A stretch of DNA of 20,000 nt, taken from an uncultured virus (IMG/VR IMGVR_UViG_3300033463_000084). Taxonomy: Duplodnaviria > Heunggongvirae > Uroviricota > Caudoviricetes. The notes under the pieces are model-generated. The model searched no databases. It saw only the letters and a list, made by a program, of their open reading frames with translations, and had not been told where the DNA came from. The DNA is taken from IMG/VR virus record IMGVR_UViG_3300033463_000084; one strand, given 5' to 3'. The translations under genes and the position numbers were made by a program. Positions 1-7,233 of this stretch are shown here, piece after piece (the stretch's first letter is position 1; each line of letters starts with the position of its first letter).

Positions 1-821
1 TTAAAGAATTACAACAATTAGGCGACACTATCCGCGAATACTACGAAATTAAAAACAACATAACTGCCGACCGCTTCAAGTGGGTTGCAATGGCGCAAGG
101 CGAGAGCAGCGAGAACGCGGAGCTGCTTTATTGCGTTTTCAACGAACTGAAAGACGGCCTTTTCGCATTGTCGAACCAATCGCGGTATAACCCAGCCGAC
201 CGACGGCTGGGGTACGCCAAAAAGCTGACAAAAGCACTGGAGATTGCGAAACAAACCTACCAGCTTTGCGGCAGCGGCAAAAAGTATTCGGGCGACATTC
301 CGAATATCAACCGCGATGTGTATGAGCAAGACCGTCGGCGTTACTTTATCCGCAGGGCTGGTGCGCTGCTTACGGTCGATGTTAATCTAACCAACTCGAC
401 CGACATAATCTGCCTTGCCCGACTTTTAGAATCGCTCGACCCCGAAAAACACTACGACGATGGAGTTATCGACCTAACGCACTATATCGACAAGATACGC
501 ACCGACAACGGCAAGGAAATACCGTACTATGAGGGCGACATTTTCTTCCTGCACTTGAATCCCTACGACAGCTTGTTCGACATTTGGCACACCGACGATT
601 GTGGCGTGTTCTTGGCCACTGATAGAGGCTTTGTGAAGCTCCTATACACACAAGGGCGCGGCTACATTGACAAAGACGGCAGACCGAACATTGATGAGCA
701 ACACCATTATTCGGACTATATGCTCAACGGCAGCTCAAAGGTATTCGACATTGTGGGCAACATTCACAAAGATATTTCAGTGCTGGTTGACAAACCGCAA
801 ACCGAAGAAGAAAGGAGGTAA
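1..821 (+). CDS. Phage protein, 5'-truncated, with C-terminal YopX-like domain
   Basis: The frame of ORF 90..821 is open back to position 3 (KELQQLGDTIREYYEIK...), so the start probably lies upstream of the window. C-terminal DNGKEIPYYEGDIF...FDIVGNIH resembles the YopX signature (D..GKEIYEGDI...E/D-V/I-IGNIH). Confidence 0.65.
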   Translation, partial: KELQQLGDTIREYYEIKNNITADRFKWVAMAQGESSENAELLYCVFNELKDGLFALSNQSRYNPADRRLGYAKKLTKALEIAKQTYQLCGSGKKYSGDIPNINRDVYEQDRRRYFIRRAGALLTVDVNLTNSTDIICLARLLESLDPEKHYDDGVIDLTHYIDKIRTDNGKEIPYYEGDIFFLHLNPYDSLFDIWHTDDCGVFLATDRGFVKLLYTQGRGYIDKDGRPNIDEQHHYSDYMLNGSSKVFDIVGNIHKDISVLVDKPQTEEERR

Positions 822-823
822 TT

Positions 824-1045
824 ATGGATAAACCTTTAACAATCTCCGAGGCAAACCATATCAACAAACTGGCCGAAAACTTTTTGTGCGCGATGTTTAG
901 CGACGGCAAGTGGTGGCAAATATATAACGAGGACAAGGAAAACGCGGTGGAAACCGCGTTCAAGTATGCCGAATTGTTTTTTGAACGCGAGAAACAAACA
1001 AAAAAAAGGATAATAAGAAATGAAAAAGATAATGTTCAACGATAA
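824..1045 (+). CDS. Hypothetical phage protein (73 aa)
   Basis: Starts 2 nt after the upstream stop, is preceded by AGGAGG, and overlaps the next gene. Confidence 0.6.
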   Translation: MDKPLTISEANHINKLAENFLCAMFSDGKWWQIYNEDKENAVETAFKYAELFFEREKQTKKRIIRNEKDNVQR

Positions 1046-1562
1046 GTACGGCCTCACTGAAGCCGTAATGCAAGGCCGCAAGACAATGACGCGGAGAGTG
1101 ATAGACTGTGCAACGTTGCACTGGTTACAAATGCAGTATGGAAACAATACACTTGACTGGCTGCGGCACGTACCATACATACCGAATCTAAATGTTGCCG
1201 TTGCTCAATCATACGCAAAACTAAACGCGCAAGGCTTGTTGCTCGACGATGGCAAGCAGACACTTGCCAATAGCAAAGGCTGGAATAACAAGATGTTTGT
1301 AAAAGCTGACCTTATGCCGCACCAAATTCGCATAATCAACGCGAGAGTAGAACACTTGCAGGATATTAGCAATGAAGATTGTTTGCGCGAGGGGATAAAG
1401 CAAATAAGCAGGGGCTATGTGTTCGACCCTATGCCAAATGGTGTTGACGATTACCACACCCCACGCGAAGCCTACGCCGCGCTAATTGACAAAATTGGCG
1501 GCAAAGGCACTTGGAAAAGAAACCCATACGTGTTTGTCTATGATTTTAAACTTGTTAAATGA
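1020..1562 (+). CDS. ASCH/PUA-like phage protein
   Basis: Motifs MFND...AVMQGRKTMTRR, W.NKMFV...MP, RVEHLQDIS.EDC..EGI and W..NPYVFVYDF match the widespread phage ASCH-like family. Confidence 0.8.
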   Translation: MKKIMFNDKYGLTEAVMQGRKTMTRRVIDCATLHWLQMQYGNNTLDWLRHVPYIPNLNVAVAQSYAKLNAQGLLLDDGKQTLANSKGWNNKMFVKADLMPHQIRIINARVEHLQDISNEDCLREGIKQISRGYVFDPMPNGVDDYHTPREAYAALIDKIGGKGTWKRNPYVFVYDFKLVK

Positions 1563-1569
1563 TTGAGTT

Positions 1570-1794
1570 ATGAGTATGAAAGATTTTTTAGGCACAATAG
1601 CCTCGTCGCTTTTCGGGTCGGCGGTCAACCGCCAGCCAGTTTTATACGGCGTACCGCCTCGCCGTGCAGTTGAACCGCAGCCAGTATGGAAGCGCAAAAA
1701 GTGTAAGAGCTGCCGATTGTTTAAGTCGAATGATTGCAGTGTGATTAACCCGATTGGTGCTGCTTGTGAGTTTTACAAACCTAAAAACAAATGA
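1570..1794 (+). CDS. Small Cys-rich protein, paralogue A
   Basis: 74 aa with WKRKKCKSCRLF...C...AACEFYKPKNK. An alternative ATG lies at 1576. Confidence 0.7.
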   Translation: MSMKDFLGTIASSLFGSAVNRQPVLYGVPPRRAVEPQPVWKRKKCKSCRLFKSNDCSVINPIGAACEFYKPKNK

Positions 1795-1797
1795 GTT

Positions 1798-2013
1798 ATG
1801 TTTTGCGATGAAATACCCTTGTTTGTGTCGCCACGCTATAAGCCGAAAGCGACCCACGCGCCCTCGCCAGCGCAGAAATGGCAGCGTAAAACGTGCAAAA
1901 CGTGCGGGCTGTTTTGGAACAGCCACTGCCCATATTGCCACAGTGAGTTTGGCTTGTATCGAATCAAGACCACCCACGCCGCTTGTCCAAATTATGAATC
2001 TAAAAACAAGTAA
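1798..2013 (+). CDS. Small Cys-rich protein, paralogue B
   Basis: 71 aa with WQRKTCKTCGLF...CPYC...AACPNYESKNK, the same pattern as the preceding gene. Stop-GTT-ATG junctions on both sides. Confidence 0.7.
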   Translation: MFCDEIPLFVSPRYKPKATHAPSPAQKWQRKTCKTCGLFWNSHCPYCHSEFGLYRIKTTHAACPNYESKNK

Positions 2014-2016
2014 GTT

Positions 2017-2232
2017 ATGACTGACAAGAAATGCCCGAAATGTGGCTCTCGCAACTTTGGAATAACGGCAAAAGTAACGGCCTATATGCTATACACGGTT
2101 ATTGACGGCCACGTTTACCCTAATGGTGCTGATTATGATGATAGCGACACGCTTTCCGAAACGTGTATCTGCGACCAGTGCGGCCACCGCTGGCACCCGA
2201 AAAACTTTGATTACACGATTGATGAGGAATAA
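2017..2232 (+). CDS. Zinc-ribbon protein (71 aa)
   Basis: CPKCGS near the N-terminus and CDQCGH near the C-terminus. Confidence 0.75.
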   Translation: MTDKKCPKCGSRNFGITAKVTAYMLYTVIDGHVYPNGADYDDSDTLSETCICDQCGHRWHPKNFDYTIDEE

Positions 2233-2265
2233 GGTGAGTTTTACAAATCTAAAAACAAATGAGTT

Positions 2266-2592
2266 ATGACAAAAAATGAAGAAATAGTTACAAGTGTTGT
2301 TTGTGAAGGTTGCGAAATGCTCTCCAAAGATTGCTTTAAATCTTGTAGTGCATTTTGTTCCGCGTTGAAAGTTGCAAACTTTAAAGATGAGCAACTAAAT
2401 CAACTACAAGACGAGCGTAAGACAATCAAGTTTTGGGTCAATGGCGAAATAAAATATGGCGACCTTCGTCGCCCAGCGCAACTTTTGATTTCTTTCTCCA
2501 ACGAGCCAACAGTGGAAGAAATATTAGAAGATGTGGCCGACGAATGGGGTGATTATCAAGATTATCTAATTGAATCAATTACAAGAATCTAA
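2266..2592 (+). CDS. Hypothetical phage protein (108 aa) with N-terminal Cys cluster
   Basis: CEGC-x5-C-x3-C-x3-C; the start codon is supplied by the junction repeat. Confidence 0.7.
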   Translation: MTKNEEIVTSVVCEGCEMLSKDCFKSCSAFCSALKVANFKDEQLNQLQDERKTIKFWVNGEIKYGDLRRPAQLLISFSNEPTVEEILEDVADEWGDYQDYLIESITRI

Positions 2593-2603
2593 CCGAATCA
2601 GTT

Positions 2604-2906
2604 ATGGAAAAGACAAGTTACATTAAAGGCTTCGGCCACGTAAAATTCGGCGGTGCAATTCAGCTGTGCTTCGGCGTTAGCAAAAAGACCAACAATCCAG
2701 TCATAGGCTTTTCGGAGCTGCCTAACCAGCACGAAGCCGGTGCCGACATTACCGACGATGAGATTGCCCAAATTAAATACAAGGGTCAAATCGTCTTTGA
2801 GTTTGACGATGTGCGGTCGATTGATATTGTCCGCAGGGCGCTCGATAAGGTTGAAAGCTATTTGAAAGAGAAAAAGGAAGATGTTGAACTTTTTAATAAA
2901 GAATGA
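2604..2906 (+). CDS. Hypothetical phage protein (100 aa)
   Basis: AGTTATG start context like its neighbours; tight packing. Confidence 0.7.
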   Translation: MEKTSYIKGFGHVKFGGAIQLCFGVSKKTNNPVIGFSELPNQHEAGADITDDEIAQIKYKGQIVFEFDDVRSIDIVRRALDKVESYLKEKKEDVELFNKE

Positions 2907-2909
2907 GTT

Positions 2910-3056
2910 ATGAAAGATTTTATTCACTACCTACTATTCGATAACGACATTGTGAAAGCGTGCATAGTGGTTGTTTTGTTTGGCCTTGCCTTATATGCTG
3001 CTGTAACGCTTGTAACGTTTGTGGAACAAGAAATTAACAAAAACTCTAAAGAATAA
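2910..3056 (+). CDS. 48-aa single-pass membrane peptide (not in the ORF track)
   Basis: Hand translation: MKDFIHYLLFDNDIVKACIVVVLFGLALYAAVTLVTFVEQEINKNSKE*. It fills the gap exactly with 3-nt spacers on both sides, has a TGA-GTT-ATG start and a ~20-residue hydrophobic run. Confidence 0.75.
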   Translation: MKDFIHYLLFDNDIVKACIVVVLFGLALYAAVTLVTFVEQEINKNSKE

Positions 3057-3059
3057 ACT

Positions 3060-3329
3060 ATGACACTGGAATATAAAGCCGAAGCAAAAGCAAGGGAGTA
3101 TCAAGTTGGCGATGTGTGCCGAGTATGGAACGGCGGTTGCCCTAATGTAAGAGACTCCGCGATGAGAATGTTTGAGTGGACTAAAGAGCAATACGAGAAA
3201 AAGCTCGACGAGGCCATACAGCTGGCTCACGAAGCCCTAAAAGGAACAAACAGCAGTCAGCACACAACCGATTTTAAAGAAAACGAATGGGCTGAAAAGC
3301 TGTTCAATTTTGTATCAAAAGAATTATAG
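3060..3329 (+). CDS. Hypothetical phage protein (89 aa)
   Basis: Packed 3 nt after the previous stop and 2 nt before the next start. Confidence 0.7.
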   Translation: MTLEYKAEAKAREYQVGDVCRVWNGGCPNVRDSAMRMFEWTKEQYEKKLDEAIQLAHEALKGTNSSQHTTDFKENEWAEKLFNFVSKEL

Positions 3330-3331
3330 CG

Positions 3332-3709
3332 ATGAAAAAAATTAAACTACCGCGCCGACTGAAAAAGGCGTTATCATACAGCTACATTCTGCACAGCACT
3401 AAACATCAATACACAAAGGCTGTTCGCAAGTTACTGAACGATACCACAACGGCAAACAAAACGCTGCGTTGGTTACGAATGGAAGATTTAAGCAGGCGTT
3501 TTAATGAATCGCCCTATCGTTTGTATGAAACGTTAGGCAGCGTAACACTCGAAGATTTGGCTGGTTGGGAATATATGAACAAACTTTTGCCGGTGGAGCG
3601 CCGTAAGTGGCAACTCCGCGAGAAATATGTCAAAATTCTTTTAGCCGGTCATATTGTGGAAGAAATGCACGGAATCAGCGGCGGCGAATTAAAAGAGTAT
3701 GAAGATTAA
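3332..3709 (+). CDS. Hypothetical basic phage protein (125 aa)
   Basis: N-terminal KLPRRLKKA basic motif; overlaps the next ORF. Confidence 0.65.
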   Translation: MKKIKLPRRLKKALSYSYILHSTKHQYTKAVRKLLNDTTTANKTLRWLRMEDLSRRFNESPYRLYETLGSVTLEDLAGWEYMNKLLPVERRKWQLREKYVKILLAGHIVEEMHGISGGELKEYED

Positions 3710-4100
3710 AGAATTGAAAATACCGCTTTACGGCTACGATTTGGCCATTGTGCAGCTGGAAGCCAGCGACACCAGCCAGCAGATAGCCCGGTTTCTTCAA
3801 AGGCGAGGATTGGGCAAAGACGAACTCGACGAAGAGCTGTACTACCACAACGGCGAGTTGTGTTTCCAAACCAACCGAATCGACGGCGGCATAACCCTAT
3901 CCAATCCGAAGCTGAAGCAGATAATTGTGCTGTTTTATCCGTTTAGCAGCGAGATTGAACGGGAAAATGTCTTTTCGCACGAAAAACGGCACGTAGAAGA
4001 TAGGTTGCTCCGTTACGCGCAAATCGACGATTACGAATCGGCTGGCCTGCTTGCCGGTTGGCTCGGTGTTAAGTTTTATGAGTTTAAGAAAACATTGTGA
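3699..4100 (+). CDS. Small zincin-like (HExxH) metallopeptidase-fold phage protein
   Basis: HEKRH followed by DDYESAGLLAGW, with a candidate third-ligand Glu. Confidence 0.65.
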   Translation: MKIKELKIPLYGYDLAIVQLEASDTSQQIARFLQRRGLGKDELDEELYYHNGELCFQTNRIDGGITLSNPKLKQIIVLFYPFSSEIERENVFSHEKRHVEDRLLRYAQIDDYESAGLLAGWLGVKFYEFKKTL

Positions 4101-4108
4101 AATGTTTA

Positions 4109-4116
4109 TATATTTG
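4109..4116 (+). promoter_or_regulatory. Bacteroidota primary-sigma -7 promoter element
   Basis: TATATTTG followed by CA matches TAnnTTTG and lies 25 nt before ATG 4142. No clean -33 TTTG was seen. Confidence 0.65.
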
Positions 4117-4141
4117 CAGAAATATTTTAAACGTAAAGGAT

Positions 4142-4318
4142 ATGGAAACGGCATCATTTTACACGGAAACACCAGTTTTGAAAGGTAAGGACGCAAAACG
4201 TTTCGTTAATAAAATGGCGAATGTCAAACAATTGCCACGAAATGTAATAGATAGAATTGCCGCTAACGCTGCACAATTTGAAGGTCGAGAAATAAAAGAG
4301 GGAATTAGTATAATATGA
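4142..4318 (+). CDS. Putative antitoxin of the GNAT toxin (58 aa)
   Basis: METASFYTETPVLKGKDAKRF...; ATG 4142 is preferred over GTG 4097 because the promoter element lies between them. ATGA overlap with the GNAT gene. Confidence 0.6.
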   Translation: METASFYTETPVLKGKDAKRFVNKMANVKQLPRNVIDRIAANAAQFEGREIKEGISII

Positions 4319-4908
4319 TTGGTTCAACTGATGATTTTGATTGGCGCTGGGGAGTGTTGACACCTAATTTTTCAATTGAAAATTTTAAGTGTTTGACATA
4401 TAACCATCATTTTGAGAATTTCTTAAATTTGGAAGCCTTACAATATCAAAATCAACACCTTTCCACCACAAGAGTAATTACAATAGACAATGTTGTAATT
4501 GCATATTTCACATTGGCAAACGACAGAATTTCTACTGATGAAATTGAGAATCCTATAAGGAATCGAATCAATAGAAAAATACCACACGACAAACAACGAC
4601 GAGGCTATCCCGCATTAAAATTATGTCAATTAGCTGTTGATGATAATTATGCTTCAAATGGTTTTGGAAGTTTGATTATTAGTAAAATAATAAAAGACGC
4701 ATACAATTTTGTAGGTTGCCGTTTTATAACCGTTGATGCCCTGCCTAAAGCCCGAAAATTTTATAAGAGAATGATGTTTGATTATTTATGTAATATTGAC
4801 GAATCGAAGATACCCGAAGATGAAGAATTAGACGAATCCACAACAAAAACATATCCAATGTATTTTGACCTTATGAGCGTAAGGTTTAAACCACGAAAGG
4901 CACTTTAA
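4315..4908 (+). CDS. GNAT acetyltransferase, AtaT/TacT-like toxin family
   Basis: F.C....F..FL...A, IAYFTL, YPALKLCQLAVD..Y.SNGFG, GCRFITVDA...A..FY....F. This is the motif order of tRNA-acetylating TA toxins. Confidence 0.8.
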   Translation: MIGSTDDFDWRWGVLTPNFSIENFKCLTYNHHFENFLNLEALQYQNQHLSTTRVITIDNVVIAYFTLANDRISTDEIENPIRNRINRKIPHDKQRRGYPALKLCQLAVDDNYASNGFGSLIISKIIKDAYNFVGCRFITVDALPKARKFYKRMMFDYLCNIDESKIPEDEELDESTTKTYPMYFDLMSVRFKPRKAL

Positions 4909-4918
4909 TTAGGATAGA

Positions 4919-5048
4919 GCCGCCGTTAGGCCACGCGCCCAAGCCCAACGGCAAGCCGCAAGGCAAGGCAGACGGCGCACTTGATTATGCTGGTGTGTTC
5001 AGCCGTCCAGCAATAACCGTCCAAAACGAACACGCAGGACGGTTTTTT
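4919..5048. ncRNA. Candidate structured RNA or ssDNA element (unassigned)
   Basis: Several nested GC-rich stems, a GCAA tetraloop and two loop-mediated long-range pairings (see findings). No family recognised. Confidence 0.4.
5015..5048 (+). terminator. Rho-independent terminator candidate
   Basis: AACCGTCC (5015-5022) pairs with GGACGGTT (5037-5044) around a 14-nt loop, followed by a T run. Confidence 0.6.
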
Positions 5049-5076
5049 ATTTTGTAGTGAACGTTCACTACAAAAT
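5049..5076. repeat. Perfect 28-bp palindrome
   Basis: ATTTTGTAGTGAAC|GTTCACTACAAAAT with no spacer and no mismatch. Confidence 0.95.
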
Positions 5077-5100
5077 CTAACCGCCTAATAATCAGCCAGT

Positions 5101-5150
5101 CCCCAAAATTCCCCAATTTTCCCCAATCCGCACCCAAAAATTCCCAATTT
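5101..5150. repeat. ~10-bp-period CCCAA array (five units)
   Basis: CCCCAAAATT CCCCAATTTT CCCCAATCCG CACCCAAAAA TTCCCAATTT. Confidence 0.75.
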
Positions 5151-5174
5151 GTAACCATTACAGCACTGGTTACA
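5150..5174. promoter_or_regulatory. Inverted repeat, possible operator
   Basis: TGTAACCA-N9-TGGTTACA. Confidence 0.45.
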
Positions 5175-5263
5175 CGCCCGAAAAAATTTTATTTCGGTTT
5201 GTATCATTCCAAAAAACATTTACATTGTAAGCGCGTAACGTTCTGAAAATCAACTGTTTTATA

Positions 5264-5313
5264 TTGTAGTTAGTTGTAGTTTTCTGCACTTTCTTGTGTT
5301 TTGTTGTAGGATA
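5264..5313. repeat. 10-bp-period TTGTAG array (five units)
   Basis: TTGTAGTTAG TTGTAGTTTT CTGCACTTTC TTGTGTTTTG TTGTAGGATA. Confidence 0.7.
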
Positions 5314-5396
5314 AAAGCAGCCGTCCGATTTTCAGTTTTTACGCCCTGCGCGGCAAAATCCGCGTTTTGAAACGATTTTTTAAATGTTTTGATGAT

Positions 5397-7229
5397 ATGA
5401 AACACTACGGGCATACTGGCAATTTAGGCCGAACCGAACCCGAATACTGGTCGGAAGAAGAATCAACTCCGTCTATCAACGGTCTTTTTGGAATCAACGA
5501 TAATCTGCAATCAATCGAAATGCAGTTGCTCACGATTGACGAACTGAAAGATTTTGGCGAAAAGATTGGCGGCTCGGCAAAAGACCGATATAACGGTCGC
5601 AAAGTAAAAGCCACTGGCGACGGCGAGAAACGCATAGACTTTAACCGCCTGCCCACCGACGATGAAGCCGCAACGCACTACGGCGATTTGAACAAAAAGT
5701 ATAGACCCCAACTTTCCGATTTTGAGGAAATTGGATTGAACAAGGTTTGCGCTCGATTATACTTGTTAAAGTATTACAGTGAGTACGGAATGTCAAGCAG
5801 TAGTTTTAAAACAATGAAAGAAGTCGCTGCTGGCAGCTCAACACAAGAGGAAATGACGGAATATTTCCTGCTCAATCGCCGGTCGCTCAACTTTGTTGAT
5901 AATTGGCACGGCTTTAAAATGAATGATGATAGCGTTTCGCCGTTCAGCCGCAACGATTACATATATGCCGCGCTCGGTATGAATCTTGAAAAAGAAATGG
6001 GCGAAGATTTTGATTGGCAGATTGTTGTCAAACAAAGCAAACGCGGCAATCAAAAATTTAGGGGTTATATCGACTGGAGCATTTTTAAAAACGAGAAAGT
6101 ATCAGTAGAAACAAAACAACGGGTATTCAACATTGAATATAGCAACACACGCGACGGCCAACCGATTTACCGCGTTATGTATTCAAACCGATTAGGCCAC
6201 GCAATTTTCACGGAACAAAAGCACTTAACCGAAAACCGCAGTTCGTATCGGTTTGATACGCACTATGTGAAAGCTGGCGATTGTTATTCGTGGGATAACT
6301 GTTTTATCAACTACGCTGACCTTTATATGGCCGGACTAAAGAAATACCTTGAAGAATACGGCAACGAGGAAAAGCCGGAAAAATGGCTCTATGAAGATAA
6401 GGTTGGCGTATTCGCCAAAATACGCGATGGCAAAGACTGGCGCAACGGACGCAACGCCGAGCCAAAAGATTTTACCGACACATTTGGCTTCCGCGCCGTA
6501 GAGTTTGGCGAAACAATGCCACAAAAGGAGCGTTGGGAACACCTTAACCGCACCTACGATTCATTTATGGACTTATGCGACATTCTCAATATCAAGCCCG
6601 AAAACATATCGCTGGGCAAAACGCTTGCAATTTGCTTCGGTTCACGCGGACGCGGAGGCAAACACGCGCCAGCAGCACACTACGAGCCAGTAAAAAAGGT
6701 TATCAATCTTACACGACGCAGTGGTGCTGGCTGTTTGGCTCACGAATGGTTCCACGCTTTCGATAATCAAATCAACACCGACCGCCACCAATTCTCGTAT
6801 GCGCCTAAAGACCGCAACCACTTGGAATACGGCACTGTTTCCGGCGCAACCGGCAACGACGATTTAACCGTTTATTTGGGATATTTCAACGACGCGACAA
6901 AAGACAAATGGTATCAGTCAAAATGTTTCAAATATTTCCTTTCTGCCGCCAAACTCGATGAGGAAGAAGGCCGCAGCAAGAAATACTGGTCAACGATTGT
7001 TGAGTGTGCGGCTCGCGGCTTTGAGTGGTACGTAATTAAGAAATTAGCCGACAAGGGTTATGTAAACGAATATTTGGCGCAGGTTGGCAAACTGCCCGAC
7101 GAGGAGCATAGACACCTCTATCCATATCCTCATACCGAAGATTTTGATAGGCTTGAAAACATTTACGACGGCATATTCAAGAGTGTGCGTCAAGTAAAAA
7201 CACCATTTGGCTTAAATACAATCCAGTAA
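5397..7229 (+). CDS. LPD1-like (large polyvalent protein-associated) zincin-domain protein
   Basis: DFGEKIGGSAKD near the N-terminus. C-terminal FGFRAVEFG...LAICFGSRGRG...AAHYEP...VINLTR..GAGCLAHEWFHAFD...YWS...ECAARGFE. The start is ATG 5397 or TTG 5367. Confidence 0.85.
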   Translation: MKHYGHTGNLGRTEPEYWSEEESTPSINGLFGINDNLQSIEMQLLTIDELKDFGEKIGGSAKDRYNGRKVKATGDGEKRIDFNRLPTDDEAATHYGDLNKKYRPQLSDFEEIGLNKVCARLYLLKYYSEYGMSSSSFKTMKEVAAGSSTQEEMTEYFLLNRRSLNFVDNWHGFKMNDDSVSPFSRNDYIYAALGMNLEKEMGEDFDWQIVVKQSKRGNQKFRGYIDWSIFKNEKVSVETKQRVFNIEYSNTRDGQPIYRVMYSNRLGHAIFTEQKHLTENRSSYRFDTHYVKAGDCYSWDNCFINYADLYMAGLKKYLEEYGNEEKPEKWLYEDKVGVFAKIRDGKDWRNGRNAEPKDFTDTFGFRAVEFGETMPQKERWEHLNRTYDSFMDLCDILNIKPENISLGKTLAICFGSRGRGGKHAPAAHYEPVKKVINLTRRSGAGCLAHEWFHAFDNQINTDRHQFSYAPKDRNHLEYGTVSGATGNDDLTVYLGYFNDATKDKWYQSKCFKYFLSAAKLDEEEGRSKKYWSTIVECAARGFEWYVIKKLADKGYVNEYLAQVGKLPDEEHRHLYPYPHTEDFDRLENIYDGIFKSVRQVKTPFGLNTIQ

Positions 7230-7233
7230 GACG

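Larger units (their letters stand above)
1766..2268 (+). repeat. 35-bp gene-junction direct repeat, three copies (1766-1800, 1985-2019, 2234-2268)
   Basis: Consensus GTGAGTTTTACAAA(C/T)CTAAAAACAAATGAGTTATG. Copies 1 and 3 match at 34/35 and copy 2 matches copy 3 at 26/35. Each ends in the ATG of the next gene. Confidence 0.9.

Noticed and set aside
1766..2268. 35-bp repeats as a CRISPR array
   Set aside because: The intervening segments are about 200 bp and encode intact genes, the repeats are non-palindromic and partly coding, and no cas gene is present.
4097..4141. GTG 4097 as the start of the antitoxin-like gene
   Set aside because: This stretch contains the promoter element; ATG 4142, preceded by AAAGGAT, fits better.
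4922..4952. Pistol ribozyme (GTTAGGCCACG resembles part of its consensus)
   Set aside because: No upstream CGTGG to form P1, and the other conserved elements were not found; kept only as an unassigned structure.
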